Assembly (NCBI GenBank): GCA_977017575.1
Contig: CDRNVI010000029.1
Coordinates: 930,001 to 994,000, forward strand
Length of the DNA stretch: 64,000 nt
Source of the DNA: Paramoeba atlantica
Lineage: Eukaryota; Protista; Discosea
Direction: 5' to 3'
The position numbers and the translations under genes were made by a program. Under the pieces are notes generated by a model that saw only the letters and a list, made by a program, of their open reading frames with translations, was not told where the DNA came from and made no database searches. Numbering within the stretch: the first letter of the stretch is position 1; the number at the start of each line of letters is the position of its first letter. This document shows, in pieces, positions 40,181 to 49,584 of this stretch.

Positions 40181-41092
40181 TTATTCTACGAGTTGTTTCA
40201 GCTGATTTATTAACACATTTATTTTGTAATCAAGTTGCGTGTTCGCCTTAGGCGAATTAGCTGGTATCCATAATCGTTTTCTATGTCTAACTAGGCTGGT
40301 CGTAGAGGGGTGATCTACTAGTGATTTGCGTTGAAGTGTATATCTATCTGAATCTAATTTGATATTTGGCCAGACTAGGTAAGTAGCACGCTGTTTTTTC
40401 TTGGAATCTGTGCTGATCGCTTGAATAGTCTTTTGCAAAAAGGATTGTAGTGAAACCCATGCATCTCGATGTTTGACAACTTCGCACAACCAGGGCATAA
40501 TGCGAAGTAGGCAATCAGAAGCTTGGAAAAGCGGGATAGAATATGCAGCTCCATCCTTTAAGGCACCCACGTTGTTTTCAAGAACAAACGTTTTTTCGTC
40601 TCTAATCAATTGGCCTGATTGTTTCCTTTGTAGAAGTTCCTGTCTTTCTGCCTTGTATTTTTGTATCATCGCACAAAATTTGTGCTGGTATTGAAAATAG
40701 GTATGACGCATGTTATTATGTGCGCCAACGTATAAGTTCAATGTCTCTTCTAAATACGATTTTGAGGCTTCTTCTTCTTTCACAATTTTTTGCCTTGTTG
40801 CACTTTCAACCGCCAACAGTGACATACGAAAACGTTTTGACAACTTGATTTTGGGTGTTCCTGATGATACATTAATCCAATCAGGCGTAGGTATGGCTAA
40901 AATTCTGCTTTCCCTCCTTTTAGAGCAACCTCCCGTCCGGAGGACTTTTGAATGCGGGGAACTTGATAATTGAGTATAATGAGACGCATCATTTCCTACC
41001 CGATGTTCGTCATGAAAAGATTCCATGCTGCAAGGGGCAAAATGAGACGAATCCGTTCGGTTTACAACAATGTGGTGCAAAGTACTTGACAT
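40181..41092 (-). CDS. Hypothetical coiled-coil protein
   Basis: 303-aa ATG ORF on the cluster strand; no family recognised. Confidence 0.6.
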   Translation of the reverse strand: MSSTLHHIVVNRTDSSHFAPCSMESFHDEHRVGNDASHYTQLSSSPHSKVLRTGGCSKRRESRILAIPTPDWINVSSGTPKIKLSKRFRMSLLAVESATRQKIVKEEEASKSYLEETLNLYVGAHNNMRHTYFQYQHKFCAMIQKYKAERQELLQRKQSGQLIRDEKTFVLENNVGALKDGAAYSIPLFQASDCLLRIMPWLCEVVKHRDAWVSLQSFLQKTIQAISTDSKKKQRATYLVWPNIKLDSDRYTLQRKSLVDHPSTTSLVRHRKRLWIPANSPKANTQLDYKINVLINQLKQLVE

Positions 41093-41422
41093 TTAAATAT
41101 TGGAATGTTATGCGACGTGATTTCCCGAGTCGTTTAGAACATGGAAAATATTTGATTAATGGGTTATTTGGTAACCTATGAGAATGATCTTACAGAGGTC
41201 ATCCCTATCCTACACCATGTAGTTGATTAATATACCCCATGTTACATGACTTTTTGTACACACCTGCGTTTAAGCGCAACACGGCAGACCCTGTTATTCA
41301 TGCCCACTGACATGCAGTCAGAATGCTCGAATTTCTTCCCGACACGAAGCACGTGATCGCCCGTAAAAGCGGACGTTTTCTTTTAAAAAACGAGAGGCAC
41401 TAAAAGTGGAAAGGACGGTAAT

Positions 41423-42757
41423 TTATCTGTGTTCACATGAACATGTTCCACTGCAACTACAGAGCATACAATCACCTTTGCCACTCGAATCGGATTCGGA
41501 TAATTCGGGTTCTCGTACTGCAATATGTGAAGTAGCATCTTTGCCTGACAATTGTTCAGTACTATTATTATGCGGTGATACTAGTTTTGCAACAAATTCT
41601 GTTCTGACAGCAATGCTTGCAGCTTTCTCCAGTAGTGCATCGGGTGTGTATTTGTTTAAAGCTTCCCTATGATCAAATACTGTAAAGCTGAGTCCTATAC
41701 TTTTAATAAGAAGATCGGTTTGCGGATTGTTTGTTGAAAGGTATCTGGCGGACCTTCCTCCACTAGTCCATGATCCATAAGGAACACTACGCTGAAAAGA
41801 TGGAATTTCGATATTTTCACATTTGGCACCTAACTCGGCTATCTCACGTGAAATCAACATTTCGGTGTCAATTAACGGATTCGGAAGTAGCTTTGTTTTT
41901 TCTGTCACACGTAGAATTGCGACCCATTCTCGATCCATTAGCAATGTTCTGCTAGAGTCCGCATTTTGAGCGTATAAAACTTGCAAGAAGTTTCTCCGTG
42001 GACCTGGCTTATCCAAAGCGAGAAAACGCGTCTTCCTATGCCCGTCGTGAGAAAGAATAGCTGCAAATTTAGTATGTAAATGTGCACTAAACCAATATGA
42101 TGGCTTTAAAAGCCGAAGAAGTGACATTGCGTGAGGATTTCCGAGACGTTTTCTAGATATATCGTCTTCGAAGTGCGGCTTTTGCCGCAGCAACCTCTCA
42201 ATGTTGCCGAAATCTGTTATGCCTAGTGGCCAGTCGTGGGAAACCATGATATCTATACTTGGGCTCAGCAAACTCAGTTTCTCCGCATCGGATCTTCGGA
42301 TGTGATAAATACTTCTCTCAGTTCCGCGCGTAAAAGGTGGCGTTTCGGTAGTTGGGAGGTTTTCGTCCCTCCGGTTGTATATGCCACTAATTCCAGCGAT
42401 TCGCAGTCCAGCAAACTGCACACACCCAGTGCATCCTAGATAATAAATATTATCTGCCAACCATCCACCGTAGTACAGCTCCTTCAAGTAATTACTCGCC
42501 TCATGATTACCTCCTATGACGATCGTGAGAAGAGGAGCAAGCTTGGTGCCAGCGTAGTATTGGTAAAAGTCTCCCAAACGACGGTACTTTTCTGGGACAG
42601 CTACGCATCCGAGATCCTCAGCATTTCGAGAGGCTTCAAGGTCACCACAGACAATGAGCAGTTCAATTTTTATTCCTTGATATGACTCAATTCGACGAAT
42701 ACTATCATAAATAAGATCCAATTGACCGTGAGCACATCCTTCTACAGCGTAGTACAT
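41423..42757 (-). CDS. DBR1: RNA lariat debranching enzyme
   Basis: AVEGCAHG, GDLEASRN, IGGNHEASNYL, YGGWLA.NIYYLG, SHDWP and FSAHLH; TRFLALDK. ATG at 42757. Confidence 0.96.
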   Translation of the reverse strand: MYYAVEGCAHGQLDLIYDSIRRIESYQGIKIELLIVCGDLEASRNAEDLGCVAVPEKYRRLGDFYQYYAGTKLAPLLTIVIGGNHEASNYLKELYYGGWLADNIYYLGCTGCVQFAGLRIAGISGIYNRRDENLPTTETPPFTRGTERSIYHIRRSDAEKLSLLSPSIDIMVSHDWPLGITDFGNIERLLRQKPHFEDDISRKRLGNPHAMSLLRLLKPSYWFSAHLHTKFAAILSHDGHRKTRFLALDKPGPRRNFLQVLYAQNADSSRTLLMDREWVAILRVTEKTKLLPNPLIDTEMLISREIAELGAKCENIEIPSFQRSVPYGSWTSGGRSARYLSTNNPQTDLLIKSIGLSFTVFDHREALNKYTPDALLEKAASIAVRTEFVAKLVSPHNNSTEQLSGKDATSHIAVREPELSESDSSGKGDCMLCSCSGTCSCEHR

Positions 42758-43312
42758 GCAATATGGTAGATTAACCCGACATTTTCTGTAATTACTATTT
42801 TTCAACAAAGTAACTAGGCTAAACGTTCTGATCAACGTAGTATACTCTACGAATACAACCTTAAAATCACATATTGGTCATGCGTAAAGATCAGTAAACG
42901 TTCGTGGAATCCCATGCGAAATTCTTTTCTAAGGTACAAAACACAGTTCTTCACCGTATACCCTTGAAAAGTACAGTGTGAGTTGCAGAGGGGGCTGTAG
43001 ATTCATTCATGTACTTTCAATGAGCTTCGTGAGCCTTTTGAAGACAAGCACTTAGAAAAATGCTTCGAAAAAGTGTGTCCAGGCGCATTTTCTAGACGAA
43101 ATATTCCTTTCGAGTCAAACGCCTTCGATCATATTGCAGAATCTGTGGTAGATGTAATTGGCACGATTACGGAGCACTATGTAAAACACAGTACGACGAG
43201 GGATGCAAAGCTGTATGAAATGTGGCCGAAGCCTCATATTCTTGATGTAATCTCTACATCCCTGTATTGATATACATCTGTTTGTGTCCGTTATTTATAT
43301 TTCTTTCGGGTC

Positions 43313-45490
43313 TCAGGCGTCAGTTTCTTGTGGGCTTATAGTAGCAATCAAAGTACCTTTACTTAAGACGCTGTTTAAAGAGCAATGATACTTTACTGCA
43401 CCACTCATTGAGCATTTTGCGCAATGCTCCATTTTCATGGCTTCGATTAGGGCGACTGTACTTCCCGACGTCACATGGGCTCCTTCGGGGAAACAAAACG
43501 CGATAATTTTTCCTTGTATTGTGCTATAAACGCTAGACGACTGCTGAATCGCTTTCTTTTTTCCACTCACAAAACTATTCACGGTACTGTACTGAAGCGT
43601 TTCGTGCCCCGGAAGAAGGAGTTCCACTATGGGCTTCCCAGCTCCATCATGTGAATTTACGGCTCGAAACCGAATGACTTCTTTATTGTTTAGTGTTGTG
43701 ACGTAATGATGTGGAGAGGCACTATTCTCTGCACTATGGTTTCTTTCATATGAGATGCTCATATGCATTCTCTGAGTGGGATCTTCATTAAGGATATTTT
43801 GAGTTACAGTATTACATGTAGTCGACTTGTGTGATGAAAATCCATTTTGCCCTTCAGAGACTTCGAAATCCAAAATCAGAGTAAAATTTTCCACTTTGGG
43901 TTGCACAGTGTATTGGATAGAAAACGTTTCCTTGGTACGAGACGTCAAAATGAGTCTGGAGGTGTAATTTTGGTTTAAACGAAAAAAAGCGAATGGTGAT
44001 GGATTACAATCGTTTCCCAACCACGAATCGTAAACTAAAACTGCCGCAGCCAACAAAGGAGCCACTTTTGGTGGCATGTCCCTGAGCAGTGCTTCGAGGT
44101 TCGCTTCTAAAAACCGTGTAGTTATACTGTTTTTCTGAACCGCGTCATGACGTAGAAGATTACCCAGCAAGTTAATATTCGTTGGAAATCCAGTAACGTG
44201 AAATTGTCGCATTGCATTTTGAAGAGCGTTCAGGGCGGAGCTCCTCTCTTTCCCTGAAGCAATCACTTTGGCAATTAAAGAGTCAAAATGCATCGATATT
44301 GTATCACCGCTTCTAAATCCGCAATCGATACGAACGTTTGTCCCCGGTTCTTCGACAATTTCGCTTGCTGGTGTCAAATAACTGATAACACCATTGGAAG
44401 GCGCAAACTCTTGATCCGGTGCCTCAGCACACAATCGCGCTTCGATGGCATGACCGACCACTTCAACGTCGTCCTGAGAAAACGGCAAGGGTTTACCCGC
44501 GGCAATCTCCAGCTGCAGCTCCACGAGATCTACACTTTCTCCACACGCCCGGATGATGGCCTCCGTGACCGGATGCTCCACTTGCAGTCTTGTGTTTACC
44601 TCCAAAAAGAAATACTGCCGAATGTCGGGGTCATACATAAACTCCACCGTTCCCGCACCCTCATATTCCGCGAGATGCACAATTTGAACCGCCGTGCTTG
44701 TCATCGCCTCCCTTATCTCCCTCGGCACGCCTGCTGGAGCTTCTTCCACAATTTTCTGATATCTTCTTTGCAAGCTACAATCTCGGGTTCCCAAATGCAC
44801 CGCCTTACCCTTACCATCCCGTACCACCTGTACCTCCACATGCCGAGCGTTCGTAAAGAAACGTTCGAGCAAAACTTTGTCATCTCCAAAGCTGCGCATG
44901 GCGTCTCGACGAGAGGCTTGTAATTTTTCAGAAAAACTCTCGGGATTGGGGACAACAACCATCCCCCTCCCCCCTCCGCCCGCTACGGCCTTAATCAACA
45001 AAGGATAGCCCAGTTTTTTAGCCTGGCTCTTCAGCGTGCTCTCGGTCTGATCCTCTCCACTGTAGCCCTGAATCACCGGAATGTTATTTTTCAACATTAG
45101 TTTTTTACTTTCACTTTTATTTCCGAGGAGTCGAATGACCGCACCAGAGGGACCGACAAAGGTGAGCGCATGTTTTGACAAGAGATCCGCGAAATCCGCA
45201 TTCTCACTTAGAAACCCGTAGCCCGGGTGAATCGTATCGGCCCCGGATTGTTGAGCCACACTTAATATTTTTTGTGCATTTAAGAAAGTGTTGGCAGCAG
45301 GGGGAGGACCAAGGGAGTAAGCTTCGTGGGCCATAGAAACGTGAAGTGCAGAGGCCTCGGTTTCGTCAAAAACAGCAACCGTTCGTAGCCCGATGCGACG
45401 GGCCGTGCGGAGGATACGACAGGCAATTTCGCCGCGGTTCGACACCAGGAGTTTGGAGAGGTGAAGACAGCCGGTGCAAGGGGAAAACAT
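43313..45490 (-). CDS. MCCA: 3-methylcrotonyl-CoA carboxylase, biotin-containing alpha subunit (or close PCC/GCC-alpha relative)
   Basis: SNRGEIACRI, HPGYGFLSEN, KAVAGGGGRGM, RDCSLQRRYQK, EVNTRLQVEHPVTE and biotin site EAMKME. Confidence 0.9.
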   Translation of the reverse strand: MFSPCTGCLHLSKLLVSNRGEIACRILRTARRIGLRTVAVFDETEASALHVSMAHEAYSLGPPPAANTFLNAQKILSVAQQSGADTIHPGYGFLSENADFADLLSKHALTFVGPSGAVIRLLGNKSESKKLMLKNNIPVIQGYSGEDQTESTLKSQAKKLGYPLLIKAVAGGGGRGMVVVPNPESFSEKLQASRRDAMRSFGDDKVLLERFFTNARHVEVQVVRDGKGKAVHLGTRDCSLQRRYQKIVEEAPAGVPREIREAMTSTAVQIVHLAEYEGAGTVEFMYDPDIRQYFFLEVNTRLQVEHPVTEAIIRACGESVDLVELQLEIAAGKPLPFSQDDVEVVGHAIEARLCAEAPDQEFAPSNGVISYLTPASEIVEEPGTNVRIDCGFRSGDTISMHFDSLIAKVIASGKERSSALNALQNAMRQFHVTGFPTNINLLGNLLRHDAVQKNSITTRFLEANLEALLRDMPPKVAPLLAAAVLVYDSWLGNDCNPSPFAFFRLNQNYTSRLILTSRTKETFSIQYTVQPKVENFTLILDFEVSEGQNGFSSHKSTTCNTVTQNILNEDPTQRMHMSISYERNHSAENSASPHHYVTTLNNKEVIRFRAVNSHDGAGKPIVELLLPGHETLQYSTVNSFVSGKKKAIQQSSSVYSTIQGKIIAFCFPEGAHVTSGSTVALIEAMKMEHCAKCSMSGAVKYHCSLNSVLSKGTLIATISPQETDA

Positions 45491-45839
45491 GAGGGTGATT
45501 AGTGTGGCATTATGATATTTTTCTCCAATTTAACAAGCACTTCGAGAGTAAGACTAGAGATTAGGGGAATGGAGGGCGCACGATATTCCAATTATAAAAT
45601 GAGTATAGATTTTAAATATTGATATCCCAAATTTCATTCTTGCTTACCATGCATGCATTCATTTTAAATATTAGAACAATTTATTTTTCGTCTATCTGTT
45701 TAATATTCTCCAAATGCACTCCGATTCTTGTGTCTATTTCTGCATGTAGGATCCATCTTGCTGAGGGGGGGTCAAGAATGATCAACTGTTATCAAAGATT
45801 GCTAATCATCAGCAAGCAGGAATTTGTGTGAGTAGCACC

Positions 45840-47369
45840 TCATTTCTTAGACAAGTACCTGCTTTGTAAATGATCTTGAAAATGTTTCGGGTTTAGATCT
45901 TCTCCCGTGGATTCCACTAGTATTTGTGAAACACTCTTCAAAGACGCCTTTTTCCACACGTTCTCATCTAAAAATTCGAAAATAAAATCGAACTCGCCAT
46001 TTCCCACAAGCCGATCAAACGCCTTATGTTTACGACGAAGGGCAACCGCAAACTGTGCAGCATACATGGCGCCCAAGCTGTAGGTGGGAAAATAACCAAA
46101 AGCCCCCGTGGACCAGTGAATATCTTGCATGCACCCATCCTTGTAATTTCCTGTGGTGTCGACGCCCAAGTACGACATCATCTTTTCCTGCCAAAGGTCT
46201 GGGATGGCTTCGGGCTCAATTTCTCGGTTAATCAAAGCTCTCTCAATTTCGTAGCGCAGAATAATATGCATCGGGTATGTTAGCTCATCGGCATCCACGC
46301 GAATGAACCCAGGACGTACCTCTGTCGACAAACGTTGTAGGTTTTCGGGGGTAAAAACAAGATCATTCTTTTCCTTCAATGGATTCACACCGAAGTATTT
46401 CGCGATCATGGGTTGTATGGCACGTAGGAAGGCCAGGGATCGGCCTAGCTGCATCTCCATAAAAAGCGACTGACTCTCGTGCATCCCCATTGAACGTGCG
46501 CGTCCTGCAGGTTGAGTGCTCCACTCGTGAGGCAAATGCTGTTCGTACTTTGCGTGCCCGGTTTCGTGAATCACTCCCATAAGACTTTGAAATGCGAGCT
46601 CAGGATCCTCTCCGTATCGCGTGGTGATGCGCACATCGTCCGTGACACCGCCGCAAAAGGGGTGAGTGCTGACATCCAGTCGTCCAGCATCGCAATCAAA
46701 TTTTAACACCTCCATTGCTTCTTTTCCCAACGCTTTCTGATTCTCGATCGGAATACGTCCCGCTACTCTGTGAATCGTAGCCTCCTTTTGCTGCGCCACA
46801 ACTGTGCGAATGAGCTCTGGAAGCTATGACTTTAGGGAACCAAACGCTTCAGAAATTTTCTCCGAAGTCATCTCGGGCTCGTACTTATCCAACAGCGCAT
46901 CATAGGGTGTGGAAAACCCATACGAACGCTGCAGCAACTCTGCCTCCTGCCGTGCCAGAGAGACGACCTCAGAAAAATTTTCTAAAAAACCCTTCCAGTT
47001 ATTTGCCCCCCGTTGGGTTCGCCATCCATGTTCACACTTATCATTGGCCATGGAGATACGCCGGACTAAATCCGCCGGGAGGGCATTGGCCGCACGCCAC
47101 TGTCGTCTCATTTCACAGAGATTGGCTTTTTCGTTGGGCTCTAACGCACTCCCCGATGCTGCTGCGGTTTCTATCCACCCTTCAAGCTTTGTATCGGTGA
47201 TAAGATCATGCGAATGGGATCGCAGCTCGGCAAGACACGCGGCTCGGCTCTCGACCCCTTTGTTGGAGACATTGACGCTAAAGTCCCAAGAGAGGATGGC
47301 GTCGGCATGGGCGTAGCGATGGAGTCGAGTGAAGACAGAGACGAGCTCCTTGTAGGCGGCGCGGGACAT
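45840..47369 (-). CDS. Metallocarboxypeptidase M32 (Taq-like), interrupted by one in-frame TAG at 46824-46826
   Basis: The two ORFs are in the same frame (SLKS*LPELIR) and total 509 codons. HETGH, HESQS, IRVDADELTYPMH and QDIHW..G.FGYFPTYSLG are all intact. Confidence 0.9.
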
Positions 47370-47713
47370 GGGGGAAAAGGAGGAGGTGCGAGGGGGGGAG
47401 GGGAAACAGTTTCTAAGGACAAGAAAGAAATAAAGGGTCGGGTGTAGCTAAAATAGGTAGGATAAAGGTAACCGCCATGACGTGTTCCACGTGCTTTTCT
47501 CCTTTTTTCTTCGCCTCTATCTACCGTAAAGGAGAATATAAAACATTTATAAACAGTGGACATTAGAATAAGGCTACATATTGTTAAAGAACTCAAGTAT
47601 CAGATGATGTAATCCTGTTCGCATTGCAAAATACAATATGTAAGATTGTAAAAGGACTGTAGGCGCTGCAGGGACGTCTCATGTGTACAAGGGTTATGTA
47701 AGAGCGATTCGAT

Positions 47714-48034
47714 TCACTCACCTTGCACAAGCTCCACGAGCTTACCGTTCTGTTTTAACTGCAGTAAAGCGTCGTATCCTCCAACATATTTCTGGTTAAT
47801 GAAGATTTGAGGAACCGTGTTCGATCCCGTTCGACTATACGCGGATCGGAAGACTTCTCGCCCATTGGGAATAATATCGATTTCTAGTGAGACAAAGCGC
47901 TGGCCAACTTCAACAAGGACGGACTTGGCTTGAACACAGTAACTGCAATAAGTAGCGCTGATTACCACTACCTTGTTCTGTCGGAGCATTGTATTTAAAA
48001 ATTCCGAGGCTTTGTCCGGATTAAGTTCGCTCAT
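47714..48034 (-). CDS. Dithiol glutaredoxin (CSYC)
   Basis: SATYCSYC, TVPQIFINQKYVGGYD. Confidence 0.95.
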   Translation of the reverse strand: MSELNPDKASEFLNTMLRQNKVVVISATYCSYCVQAKSVLVEVGQRFVSLEIDIIPNGREVFRSAYSRTGSNTVPQIFINQKYVGGYDALLQLKQNGKLVELVQGE

Positions 48035-48188
48035 GGGCTGACTCTGTGTTTCAGTGTGATGTTATTTGAATAGACGTAAAAACAGAAGAAAATGTAACAG
48101 TACTTTAGTACCATAATAAAGGGTTATCATGCTTTGCCAAAACATTAATCTGAAAATCTATACTTCTGGAGACTTTACAAAGATTGGT

Positions 48189-48800
48189 TTACTTCGAGTC
48201 TTCTTCTTTAGCTTTGGGGAGATACGCCATAAGATAAGGATAACGTTTAGAAAACTCATCAACCCCTCCTCGGTAGTGCCTAACATTGTAATATCCAAGA
48301 AAACGGAGAATAGAGAACGCTGTGGTGGAACGCGCACCGAACTGACAGTAGCACACAATCTCCGTGTGCTTTTGAGGCCTCGTAAAGCCATACCTCTTCA
48401 TAAAAGGAATTTCCAAAGTTTGTATTCCGTAATAAAGTTCATCAATCGGTAATAAATTGGATCCTACTATCAAGCCCGTCCGTTCGGCTTCAAAAATCGA
48501 GCGAACATCAAGCAGGAGAGGTGGATCTTTTTCTATTACCTCGGTATCGGTTAACGAAAATTGTTTCTTTTTTTCTGGGACCAATACGTCGGACATAATC
48601 CTGGTCGATCCGGACTCCTCACTTCTGACTGTATCACCGGAAGTTTCTTTGTACATGCTCAATATCTTGTCTCGAAGCTCGGATGCACTTATTTCACTTC
48701 TTTGGTTTGTAGAACTGGACGTAAATGCTCTACGTGACGCACATTGAAAATATCTAGACTTTCTCTGAATATGGAGAACACTCCTAACTTGTAAAAGCAT
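48189..48800 (-). CDS. Single-domain rhodanese/sulfurtransferase, probable mitochondrial presequence
   Basis: LLDVRS..E..TG.I.GS..LP, VCYCQFGARS and GY.NV..Y.GG..E. Confidence 0.88.
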   Translation of the reverse strand: MLLQVRSVLHIQRKSRYFQCASRRAFTSSSTNQRSEISASELRDKILSMYKETSGDTVRSEESGSTRIMSDVLVPEKKKQFSLTDTEVIEKDPPLLLDVRSIFEAERTGLIVGSNLLPIDELYYGIQTLEIPFMKRYGFTRPQKHTEIVCYCQFGARSTTAFSILRFLGYYNVRHYRGGVDEFSKRYPYLMAYLPKAKEEDSK

Positions 48801-49080
48801 TCTGTAGAAACGGAATGATGGTCAATGCGAACTTCCACGTTGAAGAAATCTAATAAACCGCATTTCCGGAGGCTTCCTTCATGAAAAGTGTTTGAACGAA
48901 AACGTTAAATGAAACTTAATAAAAACTCTGGTGAGTCACAGAAGTCGAACAAAGCTGAAATGAAACAATCGAGAAACGAACCGAAGTAAAATAATAAAAG
49001 ATTCATGAATCCGACACATCAAAGTAATCAATAGTCTCGTTCGCTCAAGCGTTACAGTACGTGCTTCGTAAGAAAGTAGC

Positions 49081-49368
49081 TTATTTGTTCGACAATGCAC
49101 CCGGAGGTAATCCCATATGGGCCTCTTGCTCCCGTCGCTCCCTGGATTCTCCAAGGAAGGTATACACTTCAAAGAAACGATCAACACATCGCTTCTGGCA
49201 TTGAAGCTGAGATGGTGTGGGCTCCTGAAACTCACCCTGGGAGAGTATATTGCCATCCATCGAACTGTCGTAGCAAGTTCTCCAACACAGGCCAATGGAG
49301 TGTGATGCTAAGTCGACCATTACACCTTGGTCCATTCCCTGGTGAAGCGCGAATTGCTGAGCATTCAT
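49081..49368 (-). CDS. Small TIM chaperone (twin CX3C; Tim8/9/10/13 family)
   Basis: CWRTC ... CQKRCVDRF, 95 aa. Confidence 0.85.
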   Translation of the reverse strand: MNAQQFALHQGMDQGVMVDLASHSIGLCWRTCYDSSMDGNILSQGEFQEPTPSQLQCQKRCVDRFFEVYTFLGESRERREQEAHMGLPPGALSNK

Positions 49369-49584
49369 GTTCGTGGAAAAAATGATAAATAAAGTTGGCG
49401 ATGCATATTGTTTTGTACGATATTTCTCATATTGAATGCCTTAAAGGTTGTAAAAAATGTTGTTAAAAATGTATAGGATTGCGTTAGCATTGTGCACTGC
49501 AGTGCATAAAACAAATCATTTGGCTCTTAGCCGTGTCATTAGCTTATAAACTTTAAGTAACAATCGAAATCGCATGAATGGCTC

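Noticed and set aside
46824-46826. Blastocrithidia-like reassigned genetic code
   Set aside because: TAA, TAG and TGA all terminate conserved genes in this window, and no other intact gene has internal stops.
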